A stretch of DNA of 64,000 nt from Eledone cirrhosa. Its lineage: Eukaryota. Numbering within the stretch: position 1 is the stretch's first letter; each line of letters starts with the position of its first letter. The stretch lies in the NCBI GenBank assembly GCA_964016885.1, contig OZ024746.1:49228001-49292000 (forward strand), given 5' to 3'. Below, piece after piece: positions 1-14,100 of this stretch. The notes under the pieces are model-generated. The model made no database searches, had not been told where the DNA came from, and saw nothing but the letters and a program-made list of their open reading frames with translations. Position numbers and translations under genes: made by a program.

Positions 1-18
1 TAATAATAATAATAATAA

Positions 19-3000
19 AAAACAAAAACTAAGTCAGACATTCGAATACTACATTACAATGAAACTTATGCTTATTCATTTTTGGGGCCCTTTCTGCCCG
101 TGTGTTTGTTTGTTTATGTGTGTCCGTATACAGCGTGGTGATAATGCCACACAAGGGCCAAGTGGGATGGCGGATCCACAGATGGCTATGTAAACATACA
201 TTCGCCAATCCTCGATAAGAGTGTTTAAATATCGAACATAAACAGTTCGAATAACGGTGAAATGGAGACTAGAACGTCATGTGACAGACTCTCACCCAAC
301 AGGTGCCCCCTGGCTCAGCAGCAGGAACCTGACTGTCAACCAAATACTGCTGATGTTGGAGGAAGAAGAAGAAGGAAAGGGGCCAGAACCAACTGGACGA
401 AAGAATTGAATAGAACTGTTATGCAATGCTACCTGAAAAGTAACCCCAAGGAGAGGGGCTACAGGAGACGGATGCATAACATCTGGAACGAGATTGGTTT
501 ATTTAAATTAGATGAACAAAAATTGGCCGGGCAGGCTCGGGTAATAAGAACTAATGGGTGGATAAGCGAGCTGGAACTGGAGGAACTGAGCAGAGAGAAT
601 GGCTTGGAGATGGCGGGTGTAGTATGCCAGACAAGCGAGCCGGCGGGAAATGAAGGTGAGGAGGTCCTGAGAACGGAGGAACCACCCGAAGCAGACAATG
701 ATCTGAATACTGAGATAAATAATACCTGGAACAGAGATACGGCCACTGAGGAGATGAATGCTGACGGGCTAGGACAAGATTCGGTTGACATCCTAAATTT
801 AGTGGTAGATGAGTTGAACAATGATAGTGGGAGACCTATGAACCTAAGATTTGTAGACAGGAAAAAGTTAAAAGAAACAACAGCTAAGGTAAACAAAGTC
901 ATCCCATACCTTGAGGCGAGGAGTCTTCACCAGTGCAACAATATCCTCAAAGCAACAGCAAATACGGTGAGGAAACTACTTGGTATAAAAGCGAGAGGAA
1001 ACAACAGACAAGAAAGAGCAGAGCCGTGGTGGAAGAAGCGACTGAGTGGGCAAATCGGGGAAATGAGAAATGACATAGGAAAGCTTGAGTCACTACTGAA
1101 TGGGACACTAAAAAACTTAGGCACTAAAAATAGACTGGAAATAAAATACAAAACTAGGAGTAAAAAGCTAAATATTATCATAGAGGAATTGAAGCAACGC
1201 ATTGTAGCAAAGAGTGCCAAAATCAGGCGATACGAGAACAGAGTCAGTCAGTATAAACAGAACCGCATGTTCGACAACAACCAGAAGATGCTGTTTGGAC
1301 AGCTTGAGGGGAAAGAAAGAGGCAACGACTTGATCCCTGGGGCGGAACAAGCTAAAACATTCTGGAGAGGAATATGGGAGCAGGATGTTAGACACAATGC
1401 CCAGGCAGGGTGGATTGAGACAGTACAGAGGGAGATCGGTGAGCAGGCACAACAACAGACTGATTTGAGTATCACAGTTGAAACTCTTAAGGAGCAAGCC
1501 AAAAAACTAACCAATTGGAAATCACCAAGCCCAGATGGTGTGCAGGGGTATTGGATTAAACATTTAACATCCCTCCACCCGAAGCTGACGGCCATGTTCA
1601 ATGACTGCTTGGTGTCGGGTGAGGTGCCAGAGTGGTTGACAAAAGGTACCACAGTTCTGATAATGAAAGACCGAATCAAGGGTAATGATGTTACCAACTA
1701 TAGACCTATCACATGTCTGCCCGTAATGTGGAAACTGTTGACGAGCATTGTGTCTGAGTAAATCTACCATCACCTCCACACAAACAACTTGTTGCCGGAC
1801 GAACAGAAAGGATGCCGAAAGAAGTCACGTGGTACAAAGGACCAGTTGCTTATTGATAAGATGGTAATGGGGAATTGCAGGAGAAGACACACTGATCTTG
1901 CCATGGGATGGATAGACTACAGAAAGGCATTTGACATGGTGCCTCATTCCTGGATCACCAAAAGCCTGGAGATCTTCAGGGTGGCAGATAACATCAGACA
2001 GTTGCTGGGCAGGAGTATGGGGTCCTGGGAGACAGAGTTGACATCAACTGGAGTATCCTTGGGAAGCGTGAAGATCAAGAGAGGTATCTTCCAGGGAGAT
2101 AGCCTGTCCCCTCTGTTGTTTGTCCTTGCCCTGATGCCCTTGACCATTATGCTGCGAAAAGTGAGAGCAGGATACAAGTTGGGAAGGGGAGAGCTTACCA
2201 TCAATCACCTCCTCTTCATGGACGATCTTAAGCTCTTCGGGAAAAGTGAGAAGGAGTTGGATGTGCTTGTTGACACTGTCCGTATTTTCAGCAGTGATAT
2301 ATGTATGCAGTTTGGTATTGGTAAATGTGGAGTCATTGTGATGAGGAGGGGTAGGTTGAGCAGAAGTAACGGGATCCAGATACCAACAGGTGAGATGATA
2401 AAGGAAATTGACTCTGAGGAAGGATACAAGTATTTGGGCGTTCTGGAGGCTGATGGCATAAAGAACAAAAAAATGAAGGAATTGTTAAGAACTGAATACA
2501 TTCGGAGAGTAAGGAGCGTATTGAAGTCACATCTGAACAGCAGAAATGCCATAAGCGCAGTAAATTCCCGAGCTGTGTCTATTATTAGGTACAGTGCGGG
2601 AATTCTGAGATGGAATGTTGCTGAACAAAAAGAAATGGATAGGAAGACTAGGAAGCTATTGACTATCTACAACATGTTCCACAAGAGGAGTGATGTCGAT
2701 AGACTCTACCTAAGGAGATCTGAGGGTGGAAGAGGTCTTATCAGCATAGAGGACTGTGTTCAGATGGAGAAAAACAACCTATACAAATACGTGACCTATA
2801 GTAAGGAGCCAATGCTCAGAGCTGTACTGAAGGAGGGGACAGTAGGCCAGGGGATATCCAAGGAGGAAATAACATCAAGGAGGAAGAGCAGCCTTAAGGG
2901 AAAATCCCTTCATAGTACCTTCTTTGAGAAAACTGAATTTAGAGATCCACAGACATGGAACTGGTTGAGAAGAGGAGACCTAAAAAAGGCTAAAGAAGGA

Positions 3001-3730
3001 ATGCTAATGGCTGCGCAGGAGCAGGCCCTCAAAACGAAGTGGTTGAAGCACCATATCTACAAGGAGGAGGCTAGCCCACTGTGCAGGATCTGTGGAGAGA
3101 GAGAGGAGACTGTGGCTCACATTGTGTCCGAGTGTAAACACCTAGCCCAGACCCACTATAAGGGCTGGAGACACGATGTGATGGGCAGGGTGATCCACTG
3201 GCACCTGTGCAAAGTAAACAATCTACCACATTCTGAGAAATGGTATGAGCATAGGCCAGAGGCGGTGATGGAGAACAGTCAGGTGAAGGTGCTGTGGGAT
3301 TTTAGGATACAGACGGACAAAAAACTGGAACACAATAGACCTGACCTGGTGGTTGTGGACAAAGAAAAAAGATCGTGCCTGATTGTGGATGTGGCCTGCC
3401 CGTTCGACACGAGAGTGCAAGAGAAGGAGAGGGAGAAAATTAACCGATACCAGGACCTAAAGTGGGAGGTGAAAAGGATTTGGAACTGCCATGAAGTCAA
3501 AGTGATCCCGATTGTCATAGGCGCACTGGGGACTATCTCCAAAGGTTTCCAGGGATGGTTAAAGAAAATCGGCCCCTTCACGCTTTTTGGAACGCTTCAA
3601 AAGGCATGCTTGCTTGGAACGGCAAGAACCCTCCGATACGTCCTGAATATCTGAAGCTGCAGGTAGTGGCTTGATATTCAATCCAACGGACTTTCCAGTT
3701 AACCAACATCAATGACTGAGATTCAAGGAA
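19..3730 (+). mobile_element. R4/Dong-like non-LTR retrotransposon (single ORF, RT + RLE), near full length, flanked by (TAA)n
   Basis: RT motifs ([31 protein letters not shown]), CCHC knuckle [18 protein letters not shown] and RLE motif RPDLVV..D..P..EK..RY; (TAA)n at 1-18 and 3731-3762. Confidence 0.9.
262..3654 (+). pseudogene. RT-RLE polyprotein split by one in-frame TAA at 1759-1761
   Basis: ORFs 262..1761 and 1789..3654 are in the same frame; reading [21 protein letters not shown] is contiguous RT sequence. Confidence 0.85.
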
Positions 3731-3762
3731 TAACAATAACAATAATAATAATAATAATAATA

Positions 3763-4607
3763 GAAAGAGCAGCCTTCATGAAAAATCCCTTCATAGTACC
3801 TTCTTTGAGAAAACTGAATTCAGAGATCCACAGACATGGAACTGGTTGAAAAGAGCAGACCTTAAAAAGGCTACAGAAGGAATGGTAATGGCTGCGCAAG
3901 AGCAGGCCCTCAAAACGAAGTGGTTGAAACACCATATTTACAAGGAGGAGGCTAGCCCACTGTGTAGGATCTGAGGAGAGAGAGAGGAGACTGTGGCTCA
4001 CATTGTATCCGAGTGTAAACACCTAGCCAAGACTCACTATAAGGGCTGGAGACATGATGTGATGGGCAGGGTGATCCACTGGCACCTATGCAAAGTAAAC
4101 AATTTACCACATTCTGAGAAGTGGTATGAGCATAAGCCAGAGTTGGTGATAGAAAACGATCAGGTGAAGGTGCTGTGGGATTTTAGGATACAGACGGACA
4201 AGAAACTGGAACACATTAGACCTGACCTGGTGGTTTTGGACAAAGAAAAAAGATCGTGCCTGATTGTGGGTGTGGCCTGCCCATTCGACACGAGAGTGCA
4301 AGAGGAGAAGAGGGAGAAAATTAACCGATACCAGGACATAAAGTGGGAGGTAAAAAGGATTTGGAACTGCCATGAAGTCAAAGTGGCCCCGATTGTCATA
4401 GGCGCGCTAGGTACTATCTGAAAAAGTTTCCAGGGATGGTTAAAGAAAATTAGCCCCTTCACGCTTTTTGGAACGCTTCAAAAGCATGCTTGCTAGGAAC
4501 AGCAAGAACCCTCCGATATGTCCTGAATATCTGAGGCTGCAGGTAGTGGCTTGATATTCATTTCAACAAACTTTCCAGTTATCTAACATCAATGACAGAG
4601 TCTCAAA
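3763..4607 (+). mobile_element. 5'-truncated tandem copy of the same Dong-like family
   Basis: Aligns to ~2882-3726 with substitutions, stops and small indels; same 3' UTR followed by (AAT)n 4608-4640. Confidence 0.9.
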
Positions 4608-4641
<34 letters not shown>

Positions 4642-4883
4642 TTTTCTTTATTAACCACAAGGGTTTACATAAAGTAGACATTAAGGACAATACAGGACAA
4701 TACAGGACGGTATAAATGGGCATTTCTGCGTGTAAAAAAACAGAGGATGTAATAAAATAACAAAGAAAAATTCCCCAATATGGGGGAGACTTCCGAGGGA
4801 CATTTGTGGAGAAAGCCCATTAAAAGACAACGGTGACCCTGACCACCAGGGCAAGTACCCTCTCCCAGTTTTCCACCTTTAAT

Positions 4884-7800
4884 TTAAAGACATATACTCA
4901 GAGTAGGCCCATTCACTCGGGCAATACTTGCTTCTCTCACCCATCTTTCAACAAAATGCTGGGAAGAGAGCACTTCCCTGTCTACCCTGATTTTCCTTTT
5001 CAAATGAAATTTAAAAAAGTTAATCAGGGCATCACCGAAGAGATAAGTGCTCATCTTCAGCCCTTTCAAACGTGTCCACCATACTATCTCTTTCGCCATG
5101 GCCACCAGACAGATAAAAACTGCCTGCGCTTCCCGGCTAAAGGAAGAGGGCGGGGCAATCCTCACGATGGACTCAGCTGATAGCTGGATCCGTCCTACAC
5201 GTGACAGCAGGTGTTCGACATGAACCCACAATTCAGCAATGCTCGGACACTGGACGAGTGCGTGCATGACGGTTTCGTCGCCCTGCGCGCATCTGGGACA
5301 TGCCCGGCTGACGGCATCTCCATGCTTGTAGAGTTTATCCCTAATTGGCAAAGCTCCCCGGTAGCACTGCCAGGCCAGGGATTTCTGGAAGTTGTCCATA
5401 GGCCACGGCCCGAAAGTCCTTCCGAAGAGATTGGATAGTTGATTTTCGTCGACGCCTAGTGTTCCTCCAAGTACGTTGTCGCTCTTCCCCTCCACTAATC
5501 CCCTATAGAACGCCAAGGTGGAGTTTCCACCGATCACATTGCCCGATTCGTCGAGGGCTGTGAGCGCCTGAAGACATTCCAGTCTCCAGGCGCTCCCTCT
5601 CGGTTTTTGTTTGACCCAGGACTGCAGCTCCGTCAAGGAGACGAGCTGGGGAAATACGTGTCGAGCAAACGGCGACCACACCTGATCACCGTCGAGGAAG
5701 AGGTGGAGATGTCGTAGCCTGAGCGCGTGTCTCCGCATCATCAGCCACGGCATGCCCAGCCCTCCACATAGCGGGTGTTGACAGCAGATGAACCGCCTGA
5801 CCATCGGAGCGCGTCCCTTCCACAAAAAGCGAAAGAGCAAACACTCCAGCGCAGTCAGGCGGGGCTTAGGACAAGGTACGACGATCAGGCGGTAGTAGAT
5901 GACGGACGCGATGTACGCGTTAGCCACCTCCGCTCGACCTTTCAGGGATAGCTTCCTCTCCGCCCATTTCTTGGTGAGAGAAACCAACCTGCTCGTCACC
6001 TCGTCCCAGTTTTTGTCCGTCTGGAGGTCCGGACCGAACCAGACCCCTAGCAATTTAACCGGTCCGTCCGTCCAGCGCCCGACGACGCTGTTGGACGGCA
6101 TGGACATGCCTCTCCAGGTGCCGAGCTGCAGGCCCACTGACTTTTCGTGGTTGATCATTGCTCCTGTCACCGCTTCGTATTCTCTTAGTGTAGTGCCGAT
6201 CGCCTCGATGTGTTTGGCGTTCGACACCACTACGGTGACATCGTCCGCATATGCTGATACGGATCTTCCGCATCCTAGTTCTCGCGGGACGCCCCTCAAC
6301 GTCTCCAGTTTGTGCAGTAATTGCTCGAGAGTCAATACGTACAAGAGGGACGAGAGTGGACATCCCTGGTGGACCGAGCGCATGATGTTGAACGGTTCCG
6401 AAAGGTGGCCGTTCACTCTCACCACAGAGCAGATGTCGCTGTGAATGGCAGCGATCCAGCCTCTGAAGACGGGCCCAAAGCCAACCACCCTCAGGACTGC
6501 CGCTAGGTAACGATGGTCAACCCTATCGAAGGCTTTCGACTGATCTAAATTGATCAAGGACCCACCCGTGCCAGGTTCCCTAGCTACCCTCTCTACGATG
6601 TATCGCATAAGGTGGAGGTTGTTGTGGATGGATCTGTCTGGAATGGCGTATGTCTGCGCCTCTCCCACCAGACCACCAACGACAAGCGCCAACCTATTTG
6701 CCCGCACATTGGCCAACATCTTGAACTCTGTGTTTAGCAGAGTTATGGGCCTAAAATTATCTATGTTATCGCCCTTGTTCGGATCCTTTCTCAGCAGCGC
6801 CACCGCTCCTCGGCTCACAGAGCTGGGAATTCTCCCGTTCTGTTGCTTGTTGCAGTAGACGTCCGCCAAGATGCCTCCGAACAAGTCTGGCATTTGTACG
6901 TAAAGTTCATGGGGCAGACCATCCAAACCAGGCGATTTACCCCTTGTGCAGCCAGTCATTGCCTCACGTACTTCAGCGGCTATTATCGGCTTTTCGCAAC
7001 ACTCCGCCTCAGCGGCCGAGAGCCGCAGCAGTCCGTAGAGGTAGACACTAAAGTCCATCCCTCGATCCGGCCCGCCGCTGCCCCCGAACAGTTGAGCGAA
7101 GTGTCGCTGAAAAGCTTCACACATTTGCCCGGGATCGAGTAGCATGCGCCCGTGGTGGTCCACCATAGACCGGATCGTGGCTTTGTTGCCACGACGTGCC
7201 TCCGCCACTCGGGCCCATTGAACGGCTTTCGTCCCCTCGTGTCTGAGAGCACGCACCCTAGCTCTGACAACGCGGCCTTCGTGCTTTGCATTGGAGAATT
7301 GCTCAAGGGCCAATTTCGCCGCAAGTACGTCGGTCGCAATGCCTTTGCAAAGCGCCTCGTCTAGTTTTCTAACTAATTCTCCCTCTGCTCTATTTATCTC
7401 TATTGCTAAAGCCTTACTAACCTAATGGACTCTATTCTAATTGCAGAGCAAACCACCACTTGTTGTTGACGATGACCCCCGTCAACGCCCGCTTAACTAG
7501 TTCGCTAATCCGGTCTCTGTAGGCCTTGCGCGCTGGTAAGGACGCGTTTAGCTTCCAGTAGCCGGGTCCTCGTCTATGAAGCCTATCTAAATCAAGCACA
7601 CAGATCACGAATTTGTGGTCCGTGTAGCTGACTATCTTGAATTGTGAACAGCCTATGCTAGACCTATCTATTTCCCTACAAAATACTCTATCTAGATATG
7701 ATCTGGATGACCCTATGCGATTTGTCCAAGTCCACATTGGTACATTCGGGAAATCCAATCGGTACCTGTCAGACAGTTCAAAACGCCTGAGCAGGTTGGT

Positions 7801-8294
7801 GAGACTCTTGCACCCTCTCCCCTATCCACTAACCCCACACAGTCCCAGCGTGCATCTAAGATCCCGTTCCAGTCGCCCACTAACACTAAAGCGCGGGACT
7901 TTCCAAGAAAGCTCTCCAGACGCCGGAAGAAATCAGGCCGCCCTGCTCCTGTCGGGGCATAGACGGCCACTAACCTGAATACTTGCCCGTCTCCGCTGGT
8001 CACGTCCAGTACCACCAACTTACCTTCTGGGTCCAGGAAGATGGCCCGTATGGCAAGATCCAAACCTCTCCGAAAAAGCACAGCAATTCCACCCCCCGAT
8101 CCAGGACGGCTGGGAGATGCGTACACATCGTAGCCGCCGAAGATCCGTGCGAAGGCCCGTGCTTCGGAGATTCTGGTCTCGCTGATGGCCACTACATCTA
8201 TGTTTAGTGACCTGAGTTCGTTGAGCAGGTGGCCCTGCTTCCATGACGACCCCAAGCCACGCGCATTTATGCTGCCTATTCTGAGTGAGGTCAT
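4884..8294 (-). pseudogene. Tx1-like ORF2 (APE endonuclease + RT) with frameshifts
   Basis: ORF pieces 7713..8294, 7432..7758, 4884..7313 are collinear; indels near 7815, 7445 and 7420 are visible against copy 2. Confidence 0.85.
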
Positions 8295-8329
8295 GTTGAA
8301 ATGGAGTGGAGAAGATGGGAAAGACCACT

Positions 8330-10278
8330 TACCTTACTTCTCGTAGAGGAAGGACGGTTTTCCATCCTTTTCACTGCTTGTGGCCTCCTCGGGAAGGATG
8401 TCCTTATAAATCCTCCTGGAGAGTGCTTGTCGGAAGTCTCCGATGTCTTTGGGGAATTTTTGTTTTAGTGTCATGTACGTTTTCTGTGTGATGCGAGAGA
8501 TTTGTATGTGTGGAGGACATGTGAATTTTTGGGTTGTTGTGTAGTCTTTTTCTGTGATGCTGGTGTTGTGTTGGATGTAGTGTAATAATTGGTTGTTGTT
8601 CAAATTTAATGCTGTGTAGTGTGTATCGTTTTGGTTGTTTTGTTTTGTTTTCGTTTGTTGTGGGCTTGTTTCTGTTTCGCATTTTGGTGACTTTTGTGGT
8701 GTAGGTGATGGTGGTGTTGGGGTTAATGATGGTGATGGTGTTGGTGTTTGGGGTGATGGGGTTGGTGATGCTGGTGTGGATGGTGGCATATCTGTCCTAA
8801 CTTTTTTGTTTGTTAATTTATTTGTTTCCCTCTGTATTTTGTTTTTGGAGGGGAAGGAAGAGAATTTTTTCTTTTTGGGTTTCTTTTTTCCTTTTTTCCT
8901 GATACCGTTTCCCACTCCTCGTCGTCACAATCTGTCTCCAGTTGTGATAGGCCGGGGAGTGGAAAATCCTCCACAGGCGTTAGTTTTGGTTGTGGCGTGG
9001 TGGATGGTGTAGGCGCTGGTGCTAGTTCTGAAGCGTTGGGTGGCGGTGGTGTTGGTTTTGCTACTGCTGCTGGGGTTGTTGCTGTTATAGTTGCTTCTAT
9101 TGTTGCTGCTACAGTTGTTGCTGCCATTTCTGCTACTGGTGGTGTTGATGGTTGAGTCACTGGGGTGGGTAGGAGAGGTGGCCTCAACCTTTTAGCCGGA
9201 GGGCAGAAAGCCCTTAGGTGGGTTCCTTCACCACAAACGACACACCTAGGCCTTCTGCCCTCGACAATTACGGTGAGGTGGCTGCCGTCAGTGAGGTATA
9301 TTACCTCTGGGATCTCCTCAATGCTTGTTTGGTCCGCTTGGATCAGGAGCTCCATCCCAGATCCGGACCAGTTCTCCTGCTTTTCTTTTGCTATTGCTAT
9401 TATCTTTGTGTTGGCTTCGATGCCGGCGAGGACGGCCGCTATTAGCCAGGGAATTTCGATGGCCGGTGGAACGTGGGTCACCCTGATCTTTACGAGTCTC
9501 TGCCCACAATAGCTTGGGACGAGTGTGAAGTTGTCACTTCTTAATGGGGCCATGGAGTGTTCTCTAGCCTCCTCTGGTGTTTCAAAGAACACGTCCACGG
9601 TTCCATATTTCTGCCCACGTCTGATGTGGGTTTTTCTTGCCCACACATGTCCCAAAGCATTTTGGATTTGGGACTCGGATGCCCATTCCACTCGGCGCGA
9701 TTTTACATTAATTGTTCGATACGACACGGTGCATAGGCGCCGATGCTCCATTTTATTAGGTGGGGGGGGGCTGACCCTGTACCCATCTTTCTTTACCATT
9801 TTTTTGGCATTTTCTAATTCCTCCTGAGTTACCGTAAATGCTTCGCACTGTTTTGCTACTCTGGAAAAACTCAGGGTGGTTTTTTTAATGTCATTTTTGC
9901 TGTTGTTGTTATCGTTATTTTTGTTATTATTAATTTTAGTTTCAGTTGTGGTGGTGGGACGTCAGTGGTATTCGGTGTGGAAGAGTCCATTTTGGTTGAA
10001 AACATTTCGACATCACGAGTTGATTTATTTTTTCCTTTTGTTTCTGTTGTCGCGATGGTGGTGGTGGTGGTGGTGGTGGTGGTGGTGGCGGCTTTAACAC
10101 CTGCAGTCATTGGTAATGGCGGGAAATGAATGTCTGCCTGAGACAAATTTAAAATATTGCTACTGCTTAAATTTTTTGTGTTGGCAAACGTAGTAATATT
10201 TACAATGGTGGCGTCGGTGTGAGGTGTTAGTTTGTGAGGAAGGCTCTCAGCTGCTTGGTGCAGAGGTGAATTAGTCAT
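8330..10278 (-). pseudogene. Tx1-like ORF1 (RRM-like region, CCHC knuckle, Pro/Thr-rich linker), frameshifted
   Basis: ORFs 9871..10278, 8813..9799 (VEGRRPRCVVCGEGTHLRAFC) and 8334..8915 lie directly upstream of ORF2. Confidence 0.75.
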
Positions 10279-10487
10279 TTTTTTTTCAAATAAATTTTCT
10301 GATAATCATAAAAGTTTAAATTTTGGGCACTAGACCCCAATCTTTTTGGGTGTCCTTTACGGAAAAAAATGTATGTGCGCTTATAAACAGTTAACAATAA
10401 AATTTTCCATAAATGGCAATTTTTAACAAACGGAAATAACAAACCTTTGCAGAGCTCACGATGATACGATTTACTACGTAGGTCGCC

Positions 10488-10526
<39 letters not shown>

Positions 10527-11109
10527 TGTCTCAAATTTGAAAAAAAATGTTTAATTCCAATTTTACGGGAATATGTCAACACAAAATATATTAAAAATAT
10601 ATATTAAACATACGAACACAAACTCATAGATACTACATATCAGTAACCACAACGCCACCGCTGCCACCACCCCACCCCATCCATCATTGCTACCACTATC
10701 CCATCGTCGTCGCCACCACTCCTTCAATGCTACCGCCACTATTCCCCTGTTAACTTGAGAGAGAAAGGGGAAGGTGGCGGTATCACTAGACAAGGGAGAG
10801 GCTAGCAAAAGATATAAATAGATTGACTTAGTGACCTGGCCACCGGCCAAACGTCAACAACTATGGCACTGCTGGCTCCCCCCTTCCTCACCAACAATAT
10901 AAAAAGCCCCAGCACCATCACCGACATAGCCAACAACAATAACAGGCAACTTCAGCAAAAAGTATATTATATTATTGTAATGCACTGGGTGATTGCTGGC
11001 CTTGTGCCTGGAGTGGAGACAATTATTAATAATTTCATTCTTAAGCCACGCAATGCTCACATTAAGGAACCACTCATGATAATAACAATTTTAAAAAACA
11101 ACAAAAAGA

Positions 11110-14100
11110 AAACCCCGTGACCAAGAAATACCGGGATGGCGGCCGGCGGGGAATAGCCGTGTCTCTAGGGGAGAACGACCCCTCTAGTCTTGGTTGACAC
11201 TCGTTCTAGAAGTGGTAACACGAAATGATTACCCCTTGGCGGATAAGGATAAAACGCGACAAAATAAAGTAAATGTCTAATGATAAAATCTCATACCGGA
11301 TCGGCCGTCACCCGGGTAAAAAAGAAAGGAACCAGACTGGGGTCGAAAAATCAGCTAATGGTTCAAACCTTCCCATCACTTCGGAGCTCCTATCGAAAAA
11401 TCAGCTAATGGTTCAAACCTTCCCATCACTCCGGAATACTCCTACTGTTGGCCCTCGATGCTCACCACCAAGAAATCCAAAGAAAAAGAGAGAAAAATGG
11501 TCAAGGGAAGATAATAAAGATGTCCTTGAGGCTTTCTACACTGCCATGTACTACCCATCAAATACATCGAATACAGAACAGACATATATCAACTGGAAAA
11601 AGAAACATCCCGAAAACAGAGGCTATATTGACAGTAACAAACTAGCCAATAGACGAAGAAATATTGTAGGAAAAAAGTTACTAACTGATATAGAAATTGA
11701 TCAGATCAAGCTATTAGCACAAAGTCAGCGAAGGGAAAATGAAACATGTGTCAGTGAAAACGAGGTAAACTGTAACACTTCGAATCCCAGGGTTGGGGCG
11801 GAATCACTGGCAACAGAACAAATTAAAGAAAGGATCGAAAAAGTGGAGGGAGTGCATGCTCAGGATGAAACTCCAAATGAAAATAATGAGATCGTAAATG
11901 ATAAAGAAATGAATGAGAATGAACTTGCCATCTTGAAGGATGAAATTATGATCGAATGGATGAAAATGAAAGAATCTGACATGGGGCAACGAGACACCCT
12001 CCCTAAGATCCAGAACTCCAAACAGAACCAAAAGTTAATACACAAGACTAACATAGTTCTCAAAAACATTATCATCACAAACAAACTAAACATTACTGAT
12101 TTAAATCATCTCTATTATGCATCGGCTAAAGTCACCACTCACTTATGTGGAGTGAAGATGAAAAAACAAAGGAATTCCCACAAGAAATCTACTTGGAAAG
12201 AGAACATCAATCGCCAAATAAACCTTCTCCGATCTGACATAGAAATTTTAACAAACTATAAAGTAGGTGAACATGTTAAACAAACTAAACTTAGAAAATT
12301 GAAAAAAAAGTACAGTATAAAATAAACATTTGACATAGACATGCTGATAGAAATAATCAAACAAAAAGTGTCGGCCAAAGCTACTCGTATAAGGCGCTTT
12401 GAAAAACGATCTAGATTCTATAAGGACAATAATATGTTCAAAAACAACCAAAGAAACTTCTACAGAAAAATTGGTAAGTCAACAATAACTGCTAAATCAA
12501 TACCACCCAAGGAGGAAGTGCAAGAATTCTGGGAAAAGATCTGGGCCGAAGAAAAAGTTCATAACATACATGCCCCATGGATAGACAGACAAATGAAAGA
12601 TACAGCTCACCTTGAGGAACAAACATGGGAAAATATAACAGTTGAACAGTTGCGCTTGGCTCTAAGAAAAACCAGCAAATGGAAATCCCCAGGAAAAGAC
12701 AAAATACAAAACTTTTGGATAAATGCCTTCACAGAGTCTCATGAGCTGTTAGCCCAACTTTACAATGAAATAGTTAAGGAGCCAGAAAAGATACCATCAT
12801 GGCTAGTTAACGGCATTACATTCCTGCTTCCTAAGAATGATGAGACAAACAATCCCCAAAATTACAGACCGATAACTTGCTTGACCACAATGTATAAAAT
12901 TTTAACATCAGTCCTAACTGAATACACATATGACCACCTGATAACAAATGACCTATTTCCCATTGAGCAGAAAGGGTGTAAACGAGGCTCATATGGCTGT
13001 AAGGATCAGCTTCTGGTTAACAAAATGATACTGGAAGATTGTCATAATAGACACAAAAATCTATCGATTGCTTGGATAGATTATAAAAAAGCATTCGATA
13101 GTTTGCCACACAGTTGGATTGAAAAATGTTTAGAGATTTTCAAAATATCCCCAGTTGTCAGGAGGTTTTTGTCATTCAGTATGAAGACATGGAAAACGAC
13201 ACTCCTTTTGAATAGTGAAACAAAATCACTGGAAGCTGGAGAAGTTAATATTAATTGTGGAATTTTTCAGGGTGACTCTTTATCACCGCTTTTATTCTGC
13301 ATCGCACTTATACCATTAAGTAAAATGCTCAATGAAACAAAACATGGATATAAAGTCTATGACAAAACCATTAATCACCTGTTCTACATGGATGACCTGA
13401 AACTATTTGCAAAAAATGATGAACAATTGCAAGGGCTATTATCCACTGTGGAGCAGTTCAGTGATGACATTAAAATGGAGTTTGGACTAGATAAATGCGC
13501 CAAAGCAACGTTCACCAGAGGAAAGCTGCTGAAGAGTTCAGACATTAATCTTGATCGGGGGAACGTGATAAGAGAACTTGATCAAGAAAAAACTTACAAA
13601 TATCTAGGTGTTTGTGAAGGAGACGGAATCAAGCACTCGACAATGAGGGAAAGGATAAGGAAGGAATGTTACCGCAGAGTAAGAGCAATCTTAAGAACGG
13701 AATTGAATGCAAGGAATAGGATCGATGCCATAAACACGCTTGCCATACCAGTAGTAACCTACAGTTACAATGTCATCAACTGGTCAAGCACAGAGATCCG
13801 TAGGCTCGATACAAAAATTCGAAAATTCTTAACCATGCACAGAATGCATCACCCTAAGGCAGATATAGATAGAATATATCTCCCTAGGAAAGAAGGAGGA
13901 CGTGGGTTAATCCAGTTAGACATTGCGTTGAAAACTGCAACAATTGGATTATCTACATATCTAAGGGAATCACATGATTGGATGATCAAACTCGTTTTGA
14001 AACACGAAAGCATCAAAAGATCATATTCCATTACAAAAGATGCACAAAGATACAGTAATGGACTACAAATTTCAGAAGTCCCATTTACTGCTGAAATGGA

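Larger units (their letters stand above)
4641..10487 (-). mobile_element. Tx1/L1-clade LINE copy 1 (ORF1 + APE-RT ORF2), full length, (AAT)n on both sides
   Basis: APE motifs (SINARGL, ISET, LVGDWN, YLDR, YTDH), RT (FRPITLLN, QGCPLS, AYADD), C-terminal CPRC..ETVMHALVQC; AATAAA just before the (ATT)n tail. Confidence 0.9.

Noticed and set aside
8295-8336. Tx1 ORF1 stop in frame with ORF2 (readthrough fusion)
   Set aside because: Comparison with copy 2 shows a 1-nt indel; the shared frame ends PLR(E/K)VR* with a synonymous AGG/CGG change, so the in-frame arrangement is likely an artefact of decay.
11113-11270. Possible HDV-like ribozyme in the GC-rich 5' UTR of Dong-like element 2
   Set aside because: Could not assign the nested double pseudoknot by eye; needs a descriptor search.
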